Counted from the stretch's first letter, positions 30,243-43,524 are shown. The stretch is 64,000 nt of DNA from Bacteroidota bacterium (GCA_031427625.1 JANPNV010000132.1:12919-76918), one strand, 5' to 3'. Translations and numbers: made by a program. Notes: generated from the letters alone by a model not told the origin.

Positions 30243-30315
30243 GCGGAAGTAGCTCATTTGGTAGAGCATCAGCCTTCCAAGCTGAGGGTGGCGGGTTCGA
30301 GCCCCGTCTTCCGCT
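30243..30315 (+). tRNA. tRNA-Gly(TCC)
   Basis: GCGGAAG/CTTCCGC acceptor stem, tcagc-CTTCCAA-gctga, GTTCGAG. Confidence 0.95.
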
Positions 30316-30347
30316 CATAATGTCAGAACCATTGACTTAGTTAATAA

Positions 30348-30420
30348 GCCAATGTAGCTCAGTCGGTAGAGCACATCCATGGTAAGGATGAGGTCACCAG
30401 TTCGATTCTGGTCATTGGCT
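30348..30420 (+). tRNA. tRNA-Thr(GGT)
   Basis: GCCAATG/CATTGGC acceptor stem, catcc-ATGGTAA-ggatg, GTTCGATT. Confidence 0.95.
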
Positions 30421-30529
30421 CTACCAGAAAAAGATTAACTTAACAGCTGATTTCAAAATCAGCTAATTCAGTACCATCAGTACATATAACATATAAACAA
30501 AACTCAAAACCTCTAATACATCAATTGCA

Positions 30530-31717
30530 ATGGCAAAAGAAAAATTCGATCGTTCAAAACCCCATGTAAATATTGGTACCATTGGTCACGTAGATCACGG
30601 TAAAACAACATTAACAGCAGCAATCACTGCTGTGCTTGCCGAAAAAGGATGGGCTGTAACTCGTTCATTCGATTCAATTGATAATGCGCCCGAAGAAAAA
30701 GAGCGTGGTATCACTATCAATACATCACACGTTGAATATCAAACAGCAATTCGTCACTATGCTCACGTTGACTGTCCAGGTCACGCTGACTATGTAAAGA
30801 ACATGGTTACAGGTGCTGCTCAGATGGACGGTGCTATTCTTGTAGTTGCTGCAACTGATGGCCCTATGCCTCAGACTCGTGAGCACATTCTTCTTGGTCG
30901 CCAGGTAGGCGTTCCAAAGATTGTTGTCTTCATGAACAAGGCTGACATGGTCGATGATCCTGAATTATTAGATCTTGTAGAAATGGAAATTCGTGAGCTT
31001 CTTAGCTTCTACGAATATGATGGAGCAAATACTCCGATCATTCGTGGCTCTGCTCTTGGTGGACTTAACAAAGATCCAAAATGGGTTCCTGCAATTATGG
31101 AACTTATGGATGCAGTTGATACTTTTATTCCAATTCCTCCGCGTGATATCGAAAAACCTTTTCTTATGCCTGTTGAAGATGTATTCTCAATTACTGGTCG
31201 TGGTACAGTTGCTACAGGTCGTATTGAGCGTGGCGTTATCAACTCAGGTGATGATGTTGAAATCATAGGAATGCAGGAGAAATCTTTAAAGTCAACTGTT
31301 ACCGGTGTTGAAATGTTCCGTAAGATCCTTGATCGCGGAGAAGCAGGTGACAACGTTGGACTTCTGTTACGTGGTATAGAAAAAAATGATATCCGTCGCG
31401 GAATGGTTGTAGCTAAACCTGGTTCAATCACTCCACATACTCTCTTCAAAGCTGAAATTTATGTTTTGAAAAAAGAAGAAGGTGGACGTCACACTCCATT
31501 TCATAACAAATATCGTCCACAATTCTACCTGCGTACAACAGATGTAACAGGTGAAATTACTCTTCCTGAAGGACGTGAAATGGTTATGCCTGGTGATAAC
31601 GTTACAATCTCTGTCGAGCTTATACAACCAGTTGCCATGGATAAAGGTCTCCGTTTCGCGATTCGTGAAGGTGGACGTACCGTTGGTGCAGGTCAGGTTA
31701 TTGAGATAATCAAATAA
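30530..31717 (+). CDS. tuf: Elongation factor Tu
   Basis: [30 protein letters not shown] and [13 protein letters not shown] motifs. Confidence 0.99.
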   Translation: MAKEKFDRSKPHVNIGTIGHVDHGKTTLTAAITAVLAEKGWAVTRSFDSIDNAPEEKERGITINTSHVEYQTAIRHYAHVDCPGHADYVKNMVTGAAQMDGAILVVAATDGPMPQTREHILLGRQVGVPKIVVFMNKADMVDDPELLDLVEMEIRELLSFYEYDGANTPIIRGSALGGLNKDPKWVPAIMELMDAVDTFIPIPPRDIEKPFLMPVEDVFSITGRGTVATGRIERGVINSGDDVEIIGMQEKSLKSTVTGVEMFRKILDRGEAGDNVGLLLRGIEKNDIRRGMVVAKPGSITPHTLFKAEIYVLKKEEGGRHTPFHNKYRPQFYLRTTDVTGEITLPEGREMVMPGDNVTISVELIQPVAMDKGLRFAIREGGRTVGAGQVIEIIK

Positions 31718-31777
31718 ATTGACAATTCCGGGTGGACCATCTTCAAAATGGTTAACTGCCAATTGGTCACAAAGTAA

Positions 31778-31850
31778 ACGGGTGTAGCTCAATTGGTAGA
31801 GTAGCGGTCTCCAAAACCGTTGGCTGGGAGTTCGAGTCTCTCCACCCGTG
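31778..31850 (+). tRNA. tRNA-Trp(CCA)
   Basis: ACGGGTG/CACCCGT acceptor stem, gcggt-CTCCAAA-accgt, GTTCGAGT; usual position between tuf and secE. Confidence 0.95.
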
Positions 31851-31912
31851 CTGATAATTAAAATCTAGGATTGAAGAATTATATCTTCAATCTTTAATGG
31901 TCAATCAAAGAG

Positions 31913-32107
31913 ATGAGCAAAATAACAGCATATATAAAAGAAAGTTACACTGAACTAGTCGAAAAGGTTAGCTGGCCTTCAAGAGAAGATTTACAGAGCA
32001 GTGTAATTGTAGTTATGATTGCCTCCATGATAATCGCTTTAGTGATTTTCGCTATGGACTGGGCTTTTCAAACCACGATGAATTTGTTTTATAAAATGAT
32101 TGCATAA
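31913..32107 (+). CDS. secE: Preprotein translocase subunit SecE
   Basis: ELVEKVSWP followed by a single TM; synteny. Confidence 0.93.
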   Translation: MSKITAYIKESYTELVEKVSWPSREDLQSSVIVVMIASMIIALVIFAMDWAFQTTMNLFYKMIA

Positions 32108-32117
32108 TAATAACGCT

Positions 32118-32681
32118 ATGGCTGAAGCCCAACCCCCCAAAGAGCTAGTCCGCAAGTGGTATGTTGTGCGTGCTATTAGTGGAAAAGAGAAAAAAGTAAA
32201 ACAATATATTGAACAGGAAATAAACAGGTTGAAACTAACAGATTATGTTTCTCAGGTTTTAATCCCGACTGAAAAGTTTTATCAGATTAGAAACGGTAAA
32301 AAAGTAAGTAAGGAAAGAAATATACTACCGGGATATGTGCTTATCGAAGCAGCTCTGGCAGGAGAAATACCTCATATCATTGAAAACGTTTCAGGTGTTA
32401 TCGCATTCCTTGGTTCAAAAGGCGAGCCACCTGCTCCACTTCGTCAATCAGAAGTGAACAGAATACTTGGCAAAATTGATGAACTTGCCGATAGCGAAGC
32501 AGTCATGAGTGTGCCTTATGTTGTTGGGGAAACTGTAAAAGTGATAGACGGTCCATTCAATAGTTTCAGTGGTGTGATCGAAGAGATAAATGAAGAGAAG
32601 AAAAAACTAAAAGTGATGGTTAAAATATTCGGAAGAAAAACCCCACTTGAGTTAAGTTATCTTCAGGTAGAAAAAGAGTAA
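32118..32681 (+). CDS. nusG: Transcription termination/antitermination factor NusG
   Basis: WYVV..SGKE, LPGYVLI, KOW motif GPFNSFSG, IFGRKTPLEL. Confidence 0.96.
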   Translation: MAEAQPPKELVRKWYVVRAISGKEKKVKQYIEQEINRLKLTDYVSQVLIPTEKFYQIRNGKKVSKERNILPGYVLIEAALAGEIPHIIENVSGVIAFLGSKGEPPAPLRQSEVNRILGKIDELADSEAVMSVPYVVGETVKVIDGPFNSFSGVIEEINEEKKKLKVMVKIFGRKTPLELSYLQVEKE

Positions 32682-32685
32682 ATCA

Positions 32686-32878
32686 ATTTGAGGAATTGAG
32701 GATTTAAGAATTTGAAAATGTGCTAAACACATATCCTGATTTGAAAGTTATCGGTTCTTAAAATAAAAATAGAATAATCAATTTGATTAAATGTTAATTG
32801 AAATTTTTTTCCGCTTAGAAGCTTCCATTCAACTTCGAAAAAAAATCACAAAATCACAAATTCTCAAATTTTCAAATT
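32686..32878. repeat. Two degenerate 8-bp tandem arrays in inverted orientation in the nusG-rplK spacer
   Basis: atttgagg aattgagg atttaaga atttgaaa (32686-32717) versus aaatcaca aaatcaca aattctca aattttca aatt (32843-32878). Confidence 0.65.
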
Positions 32879-32885
32879 AAGAAAA

Positions 32886-33323
32886 ATGGCAAAAGAAATA
32901 AGTACATACATCAAGTTGCAGGTAAAAGGCGGAGCTGCTAACCCGGCGCCACCAATCGGACCTGCCCTCGGTGCAAAAGGAGTGAACATAATGGAGTTCT
33001 GCAAGCAGTTCAATGCTCGTACGCAGGACCAACCAGGAAAAGTATTACCGGTTATCATTACTGTTTATACCGATAAATCATTTGAGTTTATAATTAAAAC
33101 TCCTCCGGCAGCTATTCAGCTGCTCGATGCTGCTAAACTTAAAAGTGGATCAAAAGAATCTAACAGAAACAAAGTAGGATCCGTATCCTGGGAACAGGTA
33201 CGTTCGATTGCCGAAATTAAAATGCCAGACTTAAATTGTTTTACGATTGAGTCAGCAATGAGTATGGTAGCTGGTACGGCACGCAGTATGGGTATTCTTG
33301 TAGATGGTAAGAAGCCTTTTTAA
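32886..33323 (+). CDS. rplK: 50S ribosomal protein L11
   Basis: [21 protein letters not shown] and GTARSMG motifs. Confidence 0.98.
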   Translation: MAKEISTYIKLQVKGGAANPAPPIGPALGAKGVNIMEFCKQFNARTQDQPGKVLPVIITVYTDKSFEFIIKTPPAAIQLLDAAKLKSGSKESNRNKVGSVSWEQVRSIAEIKMPDLNCFTIESAMSMVAGTARSMGILVDGKKPF

Positions 33324-33348
33324 GGCTCGTTACAATAAAAATTTCAAA

Positions 33349-33386
33349 GAAGGAGGGGGAGATCCTATCAATCCCGTAAGCACTTC
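33349..33386 (+). promoter_or_regulatory. Putative L1-binding mRNA element upstream of rplA
   Basis: GAAG/CTTC and GGGA/TCCC helices separated by an asymmetric GAG / GTAAGCA loop. Confidence 0.5.
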
Positions 33387-33400
33387 AAAACTTTAATTCA

Positions 33401-34093
33401 ATGGCAAAAATTAGTAAGAAAAGAAAGCAGGCATTAGCAAAAGTTGATGCAACAAAATCCTATTCGTTAGCAGATGCTTCTAAAATCGTAAAAGAAATTA
33501 CGTTCACAAAATTCGATGCTTCGGTTGACCTCAGTATTCGTCTGGGTGTTGATCCACGTAAAGCTAATCAAATGGTTCGTGGTGTAGTTACTTTACCACA
33601 TGGTACCGGTAAAACAAAAAAAGTTCTGGTACTCTGTACTCCCGATAAAGAAGCGGAAGCGAAAGAAGCCGGAGCTGATTATGTCGGACTCGATGATTAT
33701 ATAAAGAAAATCGAAGAAGGCTGGACAGCAATCGATGTAGTGATCACAATGCCTAGTGTGATGGGTAAGGTTGGTAAACTTGGTAAAATTCTTGGACCAA
33801 GAAATCTTATGCCAAATCCAAAGACAGGTACGGTTACAATGGATATTGGTAAAGCGGTTAATGAAGTAAAGGCCGGTAAGATTGATTTCAAAGTTGATAA
33901 GCAAGGTAGTATTCATGCTTCAGTTGGAAAAGTTTCTTTCGATGCGAAAAAAATCGAAGAAAATGCTCATGAATTATTGAATATGATCCTTAAGCTAAAA
34001 CCGTCTTCTGCAAAAGGTACTTACATGAAAAGTGTTTACCTGTCTAGCACAATGAGTCCTTCTTTAATGATCGACACAAAGACTATTGATTAA
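33401..34093 (+). CDS. rplA: 50S ribosomal protein L1
   Basis: [30 protein letters not shown] and SSTMSP motifs. Confidence 0.98.
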   Translation: MAKISKKRKQALAKVDATKSYSLADASKIVKEITFTKFDASVDLSIRLGVDPRKANQMVRGVVTLPHGTGKTKKVLVLCTPDKEAEAKEAGADYVGLDDYIKKIEEGWTAIDVVITMPSVMGKVGKLGKILGPRNLMPNPKTGTVTMDIGKAVNEVKAGKIDFKVDKQGSIHASVGKVSFDAKKIEENAHELLNMILKLKPSSAKGTYMKSVYLSSTMSPSLMIDTKTID

Positions 34094-34123
34094 CCCCTTT
34101 ACGATTAATTAAAAAAAATCACA

Positions 34124-34648
34124 ATGAAAAAAGAAGAAAAAGACGTAATCATCGTTGAGATTGCGGAACTATTAAATAAATATCCAAATGTGTACGTAAC
34201 AGACACATCATCACTTACTGTTGCTAAAACAAACCAACTGCGTCGGCTTTGTTTCAATAGCGGTATAAAAATGCTTGTTGCTAAGAATTCTCTCATTCAA
34301 AAAGCGATGGAGAAAACTAATGCAGAAGCGTATGGTGATATATTCGGGGCCCTCGTCGGTACCAGTGCATTAATGTTTAGTGAAACAGGAAATGCTCCTG
34401 CAAGAATCATCAAAGATTTTCGCAAGAAAGGCGATAGGCCTTTGGTGAAAGGTGCCTACATCGATACAGCTGTATTTCTCGGCGATAACCAACTAGACAT
34501 GCTGGTTGCACTTAAATCGAAAAATGAACTCGTTGCCGATATCATTGCATTACTTCAATCTCCAGCCAAGAATGTTATCTCTGCTCTTAAGAGTAGCGGC
34601 GGTAAACTTGCCGGAATCATTAAAACATTATCTGAGCGTCCTGAATAA
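34124..34648 (+). CDS. rplJ: 50S ribosomal protein L10
   Basis: LRR...VAKNSL motif; synteny. Confidence 0.95.
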   Translation: MKKEEKDVIIVEIAELLNKYPNVYVTDTSSLTVAKTNQLRRLCFNSGIKMLVAKNSLIQKAMEKTNAEAYGDIFGALVGTSALMFSETGNAPARIIKDFRKKGDRPLVKGAYIDTAVFLGDNQLDMLVALKSKNELVADIIALLQSPAKNVISALKSSGGKLAGIIKTLSERPE

Positions 34649-34727
34649 GGAAGCTGTTATCAATACCATTGCTTCCAGTACCCATTAAATTAAAACGTAA
34701 AAATTAAACAATTAAAATTCTATAAAA

Positions 34728-35105
34728 ATGGCAGATTTAAAAGCATTCGCTGATCAGTTAGTAAACCTTTCAGTGAAAGAAGTAAACGAACTGGCAAAAA
34801 TTCTGAAAGATGAGTATGGTATCGAGCCTGCAGCAGCAGCTGTTGCAATGGCAGGTCCAGCATCTGGAGGTGGCGATGCCGCTGTTGCTGAGAAAACATC
34901 TTTTGATGTAATCCTAAAAGCACCAGGCGGAGCAAAACTTAATATCGTAAAACTGGTTAAGGAAATGACAGGTCTCGGTTTGAAAGAAGCGAAAGATCTA
35001 GTTGACGGTGCACCAAAGCCGGTTAAAGAAGGTGTTTCTAAAGAAGAAGCTAATTCAATTAAGCAACAGTTAGAAGAAGCAGGAGCTGAGGTTGAGGTTA
35101 AATAA
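34728..35105 (+). CDS. rplL: 50S ribosomal protein L7/L12
   Basis: [21 protein letters not shown] and [11 protein letters not shown] motifs. Confidence 0.98.
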   Translation: MADLKAFADQLVNLSVKEVNELAKILKDEYGIEPAAAAVAMAGPASGGGDAAVAEKTSFDVILKAPGGAKLNIVKLVKEMTGLGLKEAKDLVDGAPKPVKEGVSKEEANSIKQQLEEAGAEVEVK

Positions 35106-35131
35106 GGCATCGGCTGCTGTTAGCATTCATT

Positions 35132-35179
35132 TATAGACCTTTCCCGACGTCAAATCGGGAGAGGTCTATATCCTTTTTT
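35132..35179 (+). terminator. Terminator/attenuator between rplL and rpoB
   Basis: tatagacctttcccga / tcgggagaggtctata stem followed by a T-run. Confidence 0.7.
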
Positions 35180-35249
35180 AAACCGATGATTTATATGCAT
35201 TAAATCATCATTTAAAAATCACAGTCTTACCTTTAAAACTCAAGCAACC

Positions 35250-38200
35250 GTGTCAACAACCCTCGTCGTTCAAAACAAAAGAATAAACTTTGCCACCATC
35301 GGGCATACGTTAGATTATCCGGATTTTCTGGATATTCAATTAAAATCTTTTCAGGATTTTTTCCAGCTTGAAACAACATCTGATAACCGTCAGAAGGAAG
35401 GTCTCTTCAAAGTTTTCAGCGAAAATTTTCCAATCACTGACTCAAGAAATAATTTCGTTCTTGAATTCATCGATTACTTCATCGATCCGCCAAGGTATTC
35501 TCTCGAAGAATGTATTGATCGTGGATTAACATATAGCGTGCCTCTTAAGGCAAAGCTAAAATTATATTGTACCGATCCTGAGCACGAAGATTTTGAAACA
35601 ATCGTTCAGGATGTTTACCTGGGTACAATTCCTTACATGACTCCTAAAGGAACATTTGTAATAAATGGAGCCGAACGTGTTGTCGTTTCTCAGCTTCACC
35701 GTTCACCTGGTGTTTTCTTCGGACAAAGCCGACATGCAAACGGAACAAAGCTATACTCTGCCCGTGTAATTCCATTTAAAGGTTCATGGATTGAATTTGC
35801 TACTGACATCAATAACGTCATGTATGCTTACATCGACAGAAAAAAGAAATTTCCCGTCACAACATTGTTACGTGCTATCGGTTATCAAACTGATAAAGAC
35901 ATCCTCGAAATTTTTGGACTGGCCGACGAATTCAAAGTCACAAAGTCAGGAATAAAAAATGCCCTCAATCGCCGCCTTGCCGCAAGGGTTCTTAAGACAT
36001 GGGTCGAAGACTTCGTAGATGAGGATACTGGTGAAGTTGTTTCTATTGAGCGTAACGAAGTTGTCATCGAACGTGAAACTACTCTTGAAGATAGTCACCT
36101 CGATCTGATTATAGAATCAGGTGTGAAACAAATCATCCTTCACAAGGAAGATGTTAACACCAACGATTACGCAATCATATACAATACACTTCAAAAGGAT
36201 ACTTCAAACTCAGAGAAGGAAGCGGTTGAACATATCTATCGTCAGCTTCGTAATGCTGAACCACCTGATGAAGAAACAGCACGTGGAATTATCGACAAAT
36301 TATTTTTCTCAGATAAACGATATGATCTGGGTGATGTAGGTCGTTACCGAATCAACAAAAAACTTGGTCTTGAAATCGCAGATGATACACGCGTTCTTAC
36401 CAAGCAGGATATTATCGAAATCATTCGTCAGCTGATACAGCTAATTAATTCAAAAGCTGAAGTCGATGATATTGATCACCTTTCAAATCGTCGTGTACGT
36501 ACAGTTGGTGAGCAGCTTTATTCTCAATTCGGAGTCGGTCTTGCCCGTATGGCACGTACTATCCGTGAGAGAATGAACGTTCGCGACAATGAAGTATTCA
36601 CACCAGCCGATCTTATCAATGCCAAGACTCTTTCCTCAGTAATAAATTCATTCTTTGGTACAAACCAGCTTTCGCAATTCATGGATCAGACAAATCCGCT
36701 TGCAGAGATTACGCACAAGCGTCGTCTTTCCGCACTCGGGCCAGGAGGTCTCTCCCGCGAACGCGCAGGTTTCGAAGTACGTGATGTACATTACACTCAC
36801 TACGGACGACTTTGTACTATTGAAACTCCGGAGGGTCCAAACATCGGACTAATCTCTTCTCTCTGTGTATTTGCAAAGATTAATAACCTTGGATTTATCG
36901 AAACTCCTTATCGTACTGTTACGGATGGAAAAGTAGATGTAGAAAAAGGAGTAATCTATCTGACCGCCGAAGAAGAAGACAATAAAGTAATCGCTCAGGC
37001 AAACGCCAAGATCGATGAAAAGGGAAACTTCATTGACCTAAAAGTAAAAGCCCGGGAGCTTGGAGATTTTCCGGTTCTCGAACCTGAGAAAATTAATCTC
37101 ATGGATGTTGCACCGAATCAGATTGCTTCTATTGCAGCATCACTGATTCCGTTCCTCGAACATGATGATGCAAACCGTGCCCTGATGGGTTCGAACATGC
37201 AGCGCCAGGCTGTTCCACTTCTTCGACCAGAAGCTCCTATCGTAGGTACAGGTCTCGAAGGATTGGTTGCCCGTGATTCGCGTGTCCTCATCAATGCTGA
37301 AGGTGACGGAGTAGTTGAATATGTTGATGCACTCGAAGTCACAATTCGTTACAGCCGCAAGGAAAACGAAAAACTGATTAGCTTCGAAGATGATGTTAAA
37401 ACGTATTACCTCACTAAATTTCAGAAAACAAATCAGAATACCTGCATCAACCTTAAACCGATTGTCATCAAAGGACAAAAGGTTAGAAGAGGCCAGGTCC
37501 TTTGCGAAGGATATGCAACACAAAGCGGAGAACTGGCATTAGGCCGTAACCTCCAGGTTGCATTCATGCCTTGGAAAGGAAATAACTTCGAAGATGCAAT
37601 TGTTATCTCTGAGAAAGTTATCAGAGAAGATATATTTACTTCTATTCACGTCGACGAATACAGTCTCGAAGTCCGCGATACAAAACGAGGAATGGAAGAA
37701 CTTACCGCAGATATTCCAAACGTCAGCGAAGAAGCAACACGCGAACTTGATGAAAATGGTCTTATTCGTGTAGGCGCTGAAGTTATGGAAGGAGATATTC
37801 TCATCGGTAAGATCACTCCAAAAGGAGAAACTGATCCTTCACCGGAAGAGAAACTTCTTCGTGCAATCTTCGGTGACAAAGCCGGTGATGTAAAAGATGC
37901 ATCTTTAAAAGTGCCACCTTCTGTAAAAGGTGTCGTCATCGATAAACGTTTATTCTCACGTGTAACTGCTAAGGATAAATCACAAAAGAGTGATGAAAAA
38001 GTTCATCTCGATAAACTCGACAAAGAATACAATCAGCATACTGCCGAGCTTAAAGAAAAACTCATCGATAAATTATTTGTTCTTGTTAGTGGAAAAACTT
38101 CGCAGGGAGTAACTGATATATTTAAGGAGGTAATTATTGCTAAGGGCGCTAAGTTTACACAGAAAATGCTCTCTGAAATAAATTACGATACTGTCAATCC

Positions 38201-39068
38201 TGATAAATGGACAACTGACAAAGAAAAGAACGATCAGATAAAGCAGTTACTTCACAACTACACTATAAAGTATAACGACGTTACAGGTATTTATAAGCGT
38301 AAGAAATTTGCTCTTACAGTCGGTGATGAACTTCCAGCAGGAATTGTTCAGCTCGCTAAAGTTTATATCGCCAAAAAACGTAAGTTGAAAGTGGGAGATA
38401 AGATGGCTGGCCGTCACGGAAACAAAGGTATCGTCGCTAAAATCGTTCGCGATGAAGACATGCCTTTCCTCGAAGACGGAACTCCGGTTGATATCGTTTT
38501 AAATCCACTGGGTGTTCCATCACGTATGAACCTCGGACAGATTTACGAAACAATCTTAGGATGGGCCGGATTAAAAATGGGAATTAAATTCTCTACTCCG
38601 ATTTTTGATGGAGCTTCTATTGAGCAAATAGATGAATATGTATCTAAAGCAGGACTTCCAAAATTCGGAAGTACTTATTTATATGATGGTGGTACTGGTG
38701 ACCGCTTCGATCAGCCTGCAACCGTTGGAGTAATCTATATGATGAAACTTGGACACATGGTTGATGATAAGATGCATGCCCGTTCTATCGGACCATACTC
38801 TCTCATCACTCAGCAACCTCTCGGTGGTAAAGCACAGTTTGGTGGTCAGCGTTTCGGAGAAATGGAAGTATGGGCACTTGAAGCATTCGGTGCAGCTAAC
38901 ATACTTCAGGAAATCCTTACTGTTAAGTCCGACGATGTTATCGGTCGTGCTAAAACATATGAATCAATTGTAAAAGGAGATAATCTTCCAACACCGGGAA
39001 TTCCGGAATCATTCAACGTATTGTTGCATGAACTCCGTGGACTTGGATTGAAGATTACTCTCGAGTAG
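35250..39068 (+). CDS. rpoB: RNA polymerase beta subunit
   Basis: [29 protein letters not shown] and GQRFGEME motifs; GTG start. Confidence 0.99.
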   Translation: MSTTLVVQNKRINFATIGHTLDYPDFLDIQLKSFQDFFQLETTSDNRQKEGLFKVFSENFPITDSRNNFVLEFIDYFIDPPRYSLEECIDRGLTYSVPLKAKLKLYCTDPEHEDFETIVQDVYLGTIPYMTPKGTFVINGAERVVVSQLHRSPGVFFGQSRHANGTKLYSARVIPFKGSWIEFATDINNVMYAYIDRKKKFPVTTLLRAIGYQTDKDILEIFGLADEFKVTKSGIKNALNRRLAARVLKTWVEDFVDEDTGEVVSIERNEVVIERETTLEDSHLDLIIESGVKQIILHKEDVNTNDYAIIYNTLQKDTSNSEKEAVEHIYRQLRNAEPPDEETARGIIDKLFFSDKRYDLGDVGRYRINKKLGLEIADDTRVLTKQDIIEIIRQLIQLINSKAEVDDIDHLSNRRVRTVGEQLYSQFGVGLARMARTIRERMNVRDNEVFTPADLINAKTLSSVINSFFGTNQLSQFMDQTNPLAEITHKRRLSALGPGGLSRERAGFEVRDVHYTHYGRLCTIETPEGPNIGLISSLCVFAKINNLGFIETPYRTVTDGKVDVEKGVIYLTAEEEDNKVIAQANAKIDEKGNFIDLKVKARELGDFPVLEPEKINLMDVAPNQIASIAASLIPFLEHDDANRALMGSNMQRQAVPLLRPEAPIVGTGLEGLVARDSRVLINAEGDGVVEYVDALEVTIRYSRKENEKLISFEDDVKTYYLTKFQKTNQNTCINLKPIVIKGQKVRRGQVLCEGYATQSGELALGRNLQVAFMPWKGNNFEDAIVISEKVIREDIFTSIHVDEYSLEVRDTKRGMEELTADIPNVSEEATRELDENGLIRVGAEVMEGDILIGKITPKGETDPSPEEKLLRAIFGDKAGDVKDASLKVPPSVKGVVIDKRLFSRVTAKDKSQKSDEKVHLDKLDKEYNQHTAELKEKLIDKLFVLVSGKTSQGVTDIFKEVIIAKGAKFTQKMLSEINYDTVNPDKWTTDKEKNDQIKQLLHNYTIKYNDVTGIYKRKKFALTVGDELPAGIVQLAKVYIAKKRKLKVGDKMAGRHGNKGIVAKIVRDEDMPFLEDGTPVDIVLNPLGVPSRMNLGQIYETILGWAGLKMGIKFSTPIFDGASIEQIDEYVSKAGLPKFGSTYLYDGGTGDRFDQPATVGVIYMMKLGHMVDDKMHARSIGPYSLITQQPLGGKAQFGGQRFGEMEVWALEAFGAANILQEILTVKSDDVIGRAKTYESIVKGDNLPTPGIPESFNVLLHELRGLGLKITLE

Positions 39069-39143
39069 TCTGATGTAGTGATTAAAGCGTTATTAAATAA
39101 TAACGAGTAACACAATTAATTATCAGATCAAAAAAACAAAAAG

Positions 39144-42100
39144 ATGGCAACCAGAAAAGAAATAAAAATTAAATCAAACTTCAGTAAGATCATTATCAGT
39201 CTTGCTTCTCCTGAACATATCCTGGAGCAGTCGAGCGGTGAGGTGCTGAAGCCAGAAACCATCAATTACAGGACCTATAAACCGGAGCGCGACGGATTAT
39301 TCTGTGAGCGTATTTTCGGACCTGTAAAAGACTGGGAGTGTCATTGCGGTAAATACAAACGTATCCGTTACAAGGGAATTGTTTGTGACCGCTGTGGAGT
39401 AGAGGTAACAGAAAAGAAAGTAAGACGCGAAAGAATGGGTCACATTACCCTGACAGTTCCGGTTGCCCACATCTGGTACTTCCGTTCATTACCAAACAAA
39501 ATTGGCTATCTGCTAGGGCTTCCAACAAAGAAGCTTGATATGATTATTTATTACGAGAGATATGTTGTTATTCAGGCGGGAATAAAATTAGCCGATGGCA
39601 TCAACTATCTAGACTTCCTTACAGAAGAAGAATATCTGACTATACTCGAAAATTTACCGAAGGATAACCAGCATCTCGATGATAAAGATCCAAACCGTTT
39701 CATTGCCAAAATGGGAGCGGAAGCATTATATGAACTCTTATCGCGACTTAATCTCGATCAGCTTTCCTATAACCTGCGTCACCAGGCAAGCAATGAGACT
39801 TCACAACAAAGAAAGAATGAAGCGCTAAAGCGACTGAATGTCGTTGAAGCTTTCAGATCAGCAAATCAACATATTGAAAATCGTCCAGAGTGGATGATCG
39901 TAAAAGTTGTTCCTGTAATTCCACCGGAATTGCGTCCACTCGTTCCATTAGATGGTGGACGATTTGCAACATCCGATTTAAATGATCTTTACCGACGTGT
40001 AATTATCAGAAACAACCGACTAAAACGTCTTCTTGAGATAAAAGCACCAGATGTAATTCTCCGTAATGAGAAACGTATGCTTCAGGAAGCAGTCGATTCA
40101 CTATTCGACAATTCACGTAAGGTAAATGCTGTTAAAACAGAATCGAACCGTGCGTTAAAATCTCTTTCAGATTCATTGAAAGGTAAGCAAGGTCGTTTCC
40201 GTCAGAACCTTCTCGGAAAGCGTGTCGATTATTCAGCTCGTTCTGTAATTGTCGTTGGACCAGAATTGAAACTTCATGAGTGTGGTCTTCCAAAAGATAT
40301 GGCCGCAGAATTATTCAAGCCGTTTATCATCCGTAAGATGATTGAGCGTGGTGTAGTAAAGACTGTAAAATCGGCTAAGAAAATTGTTGATCGTAAAGAC
40401 CCATTGGTTTGGGATATATTGGAAAATGTTTTGAAAGGACATCCTGTTCTTCTTAACCGTGCTCCAACACTTCACAGATTAGGTATACAGGCATTCCAGC
40501 CAAAACTAATTGAGGGAAAAGCCATTCAGCTTCACCCGCTTGTTTGTACAGCCTTCAACGCTGACTTCGACGGTGATCAAATGGCTGTTCACGTTCCACT
40601 TGGACATGCAGCAATTCTGGAAGCGCAGATGTTAATGCTTGCATCACACAACATCTTAAACCCCGCAAACGGAGCACCTATTACCGTTCCTTCTCAGGAC
40701 ATGGTTCTAGGGTTATACTATATAACTAAAGAGCGTATAACTGACGAAAACCGTAAGGTAAAAGGACAAGGAATGAAGTTCTATTCGCCAGAAGAGGTTA
40801 CAATTGCCTACAATGAAGGCGTTGTGGAACTTCATGCTGCAATAGAGGTGAAAGTATATGTGATGAAAAATGAACAGCTAGTTCTTGAAATGACTAAGAC
40901 TACTGTCGGCCGCGTTCTCTTCAATCAGGTAGTCCCTGAAGAAGCCGGATATATTAATACACTACTTACTAAGAAAGCACTTCGTGATATTATCGGAGAC
41001 ATATTGAAATCATGTGGTGTTGCAAAGACTGCAAAGTTTCTTGATGATATTAAAGATCTTGGTTTCAAGATGGCCTTCAAAGGAGCTCTATCATTTAACC
41101 TAGAAGACGTTAAAATTCCTGAGGTTAAGACAGAACTTATTGCAAAAGCAAATAAGGAAGTTGAAGAAGTATTGGGTAACTATAATATGGGATTCATTAC
41201 TTATAATGAAAGATACAATCAGATTATCGATATCTGGACTCGTACGAGTTCACGAATTACAGAGACTCTGATGAAACAACTTTCAACTGACAAGCAAGGA
41301 TTCAACTCAATCTTCATGATGCTCGATTCAGGAGCCCGTGGATCGAAAGAGCAGATTCGTCAGCTTGGTGGTATGAGAGGACTGATGGCGAAACCGCAAA
41401 AGAGCGGATCAACCGGTGGAGAAATTATCGAGAATCCGATTCTTTCCAATTTCAAGGAAGGTCTTTCTATCCTCGAGTATTTCATCTCTACACACGGTGC
41501 CCGTAAGGGTCTTGCCGATACAGCCCTTAAGACTGCTGATGCGGGTTATCTGACTCGTCGATTAGTTGATGTTGCACAGGATGTAATTATAACTGATGAA
41601 GACTGCGGTACACTACGCGGACTTGCTGAAACAGCTCTTAAGAATAATGAAGAGGTTGTTGAATCACTATATGACAGAATTCTTGGACGAGTTTCTTTAC
41701 ATGATATCTACCATCCACTTACAGGAGAGATCATCATAGAAAGCGGAAAAGAAATTACTGAAGATATTGCAACGATAATTGAAGAATCACCGGTTGAAAC
41801 TGTGGAGATCCGTTCTGTACTTACCTGCGAATCTATTCGTGGAGTTTGCGCAAAATGTTACGGAAGAAATCTTGCTTCTGGCAGAATGGTTCAAAAGGGT
41901 GAAGCAGTAGGAGTAATCGCTGCTCAATCTATCGGTGAGCCGGGAACACAGCTTACACTTCGTACATTCCACGTAGGTGGTGTTGCTCAGAAAGGTGCTT
42001 CTGAATCAGAACTCAAAGCAAAGTTCAGCGGTCGTATAGAATTAGAAGAAATTAAGACTGTAAATTTTAAAGGTGAAACAAAAACAACGGCTGTCGTAAT

Positions 42101-43436
42101 TGGTCGTTCAGGTGAATTCAGAATTGTAGATCCGAATACTGGAACTGTACTTACTACATCAAATATTCCTTATGGTGCAAAATTATATGCAAAGGATAAA
42201 ATGATGATCGAAAAAGGTGATGTTGTTTGTGATTGGGATCCGTTCAATGCCGTAATCCTTTCTGAGTTTGCCGGTAAGGTAGATTTTGAAGCAATTGAAG
42301 AAGGAATTACCTATCGTGAAGAGTCGGACGAACAAACCGGCTACAAGGAGAAAGTAATTATTGAGACGCGTGATAAGACGAAAAATCCTGTGATAAGGAT
42401 TATGGATGAGAAGAAGGAATTAGTAAGAGCTTACAACATTCCTGTAGGCGCGCATATCATGGTTAGCAAAGGTCAGAAACTTCAGACCGGTGATATCCTG
42501 GTAAAGATCCCGCGTACAACTGGTAAGTCTGGTGACATCACGGGAGGTCTTCCGAGGGTAACTGAATTATTCGAGGCTCGTAATCCTAGTAATCCTGCAG
42601 TAGTAAGTGAGATTGACGGAATTGTTTCATACGGAAAAATAAAACGTGGTAACCGCGAAGTTGTCATAACATCACGTGACAATGAAGTGAAAACTTACCT
42701 CGTTCCACTTTCTAAACACATACTTGTTCAGGATAATGACTTTATCAGAGCTGGAGATCCGCTATCTGACGGAGCTATTACTCCTAGCGATATCCTTTCA
42801 ATCAAAGGTCCTGGAATGGTTCAGGAATATCTTGTTAATGAGGTTCAGGAAGTTTATCGTTTACAAGGTGTAAAAATCAATGACAAGCATTTTGAAGTGA
42901 TTGTTCGTCAGATGATGCGCAAGGTTGTAATTGAAGATCCGGGTGATACTATGTTCCTCGAACGTGAATATGTAGATCGCATTGATTTCATAAAAGAAAA
43001 TGATGTCATCATGGATAAAGTTGTAGTTCTCGAGCCGGGTGAGTCTACAGATCTTAAAGCCGGACAGATAATTTCGCTTCGTCGATTACGTGAAGAGAAT
43101 TCTGTTCTGAAGCGTAAGGATTTGAAGATGATCGAAGCTCGTGATGCAATACCTGCTACATCTTCTCCTGTTCTTCAGGGTATCACACAAGCTTCATTAC
43201 ATACAAAGAGCTGGATCTCTGCTGCGTCATTCCAGGAGACAACAAAGGTTCTTAATGAAGCAGCCGTAAACGGTAAAATTGATAATCTTCTGGGATTGAA
43301 GGAAAATGTAATCGTTGGACATCTTATTCCGGCAGGTACTGGTCTTAGAGAATATGACCGCCTGATTGTAGGATCACAAGAGGAATACGATTTACTAATG
43401 GCTTCAAAACAAGAAGAAGAAGTTAGCGAACACTGA
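39144..43436 (+). CDS. rpoC: RNA polymerase beta' subunit
   Basis: Zn-finger [46 protein letters not shown]. Confidence 0.99.
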   Translation: MATRKEIKIKSNFSKIIISLASPEHILEQSSGEVLKPETINYRTYKPERDGLFCERIFGPVKDWECHCGKYKRIRYKGIVCDRCGVEVTEKKVRRERMGHITLTVPVAHIWYFRSLPNKIGYLLGLPTKKLDMIIYYERYVVIQAGIKLADGINYLDFLTEEEYLTILENLPKDNQHLDDKDPNRFIAKMGAEALYELLSRLNLDQLSYNLRHQASNETSQQRKNEALKRLNVVEAFRSANQHIENRPEWMIVKVVPVIPPELRPLVPLDGGRFATSDLNDLYRRVIIRNNRLKRLLEIKAPDVILRNEKRMLQEAVDSLFDNSRKVNAVKTESNRALKSLSDSLKGKQGRFRQNLLGKRVDYSARSVIVVGPELKLHECGLPKDMAAELFKPFIIRKMIERGVVKTVKSAKKIVDRKDPLVWDILENVLKGHPVLLNRAPTLHRLGIQAFQPKLIEGKAIQLHPLVCTAFNADFDGDQMAVHVPLGHAAILEAQMLMLASHNILNPANGAPITVPSQDMVLGLYYITKERITDENRKVKGQGMKFYSPEEVTIAYNEGVVELHAAIEVKVYVMKNEQLVLEMTKTTVGRVLFNQVVPEEAGYINTLLTKKALRDIIGDILKSCGVAKTAKFLDDIKDLGFKMAFKGALSFNLEDVKIPEVKTELIAKANKEVEEVLGNYNMGFITYNERYNQIIDIWTRTSSRITETLMKQLSTDKQGFNSIFMMLDSGARGSKEQIRQLGGMRGLMAKPQKSGSTGGEIIENPILSNFKEGLSILEYFISTHGARKGLADTALKTADAGYLTRRLVDVAQDVIITDEDCGTLRGLAETALKNNEEVVESLYDRILGRVSLHDIYHPLTGEIIIESGKEITEDIATIIEESPVETVEIRSVLTCESIRGVCAKCYGRNLASGRMVQKGEAVGVIAAQSIGEPGTQLTLRTFHVGGVAQKGASESELKAKFSGRIELEEIKTVNFKGETKTTAVVIGRSGEFRIVDPNTGTVLTTSNIPYGAKLYAKDKMMIEKGDVVCDWDPFNAVILSEFAGKVDFEAIEEGITYREESDEQTGYKEKVIIETRDKTKNPVIRIMDEKKELVRAYNIPVGAHIMVSKGQKLQTGDILVKIPRTTGKSGDITGGLPRVTELFEARNPSNPAVVSEIDGIVSYGKIKRGNREVVITSRDNEVKTYLVPLSKHILVQDNDFIRAGDPLSDGAITPSDILSIKGPGMVQEYLVNEVQEVYRLQGVKINDKHFEVIVRQMMRKVVIEDPGDTMFLEREYVDRIDFIKENDVIMDKVVVLEPGESTDLKAGQIISLRRLREENSVLKRKDLKMIEARDAIPATSSPVLQGITQASLHTKSWISAASFQETTKVLNEAAVNGKIDNLLGLKENVIVGHLIPAGTGLREYDRLIVGSQEEYDLLMASKQEEEVSEH

Positions 43437-43493
43437 ATAGCAGAAGTATAATGGCTTAATTATCGTTTTAATTAGTCATTATTGCTCACATAT

Positions 43494-43524
43494 AAAACCG
43501 CCTCGAATATCGAGGCGGTTTTTT
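43494..43524 (+). terminator. Intrinsic terminator after rpoC
   Basis: aaaaccgcctcga-ata-tcgaggcggtttt plus T-run. Confidence 0.85.

Noticed and set aside
30018-30318. Minus-strand ORFs of 83 and 90 aa
   Set aside because: Antisense translations of tRNA genes (GFEP and DSNPRP patterns), a known artefact.
30375-30390. A at position 32 in the tRNA-Thr(GGT) anticodon loop (ATGGTAA)
   Set aside because: Known variant in tRNA-Thr(GGU) genes; the stems are intact.
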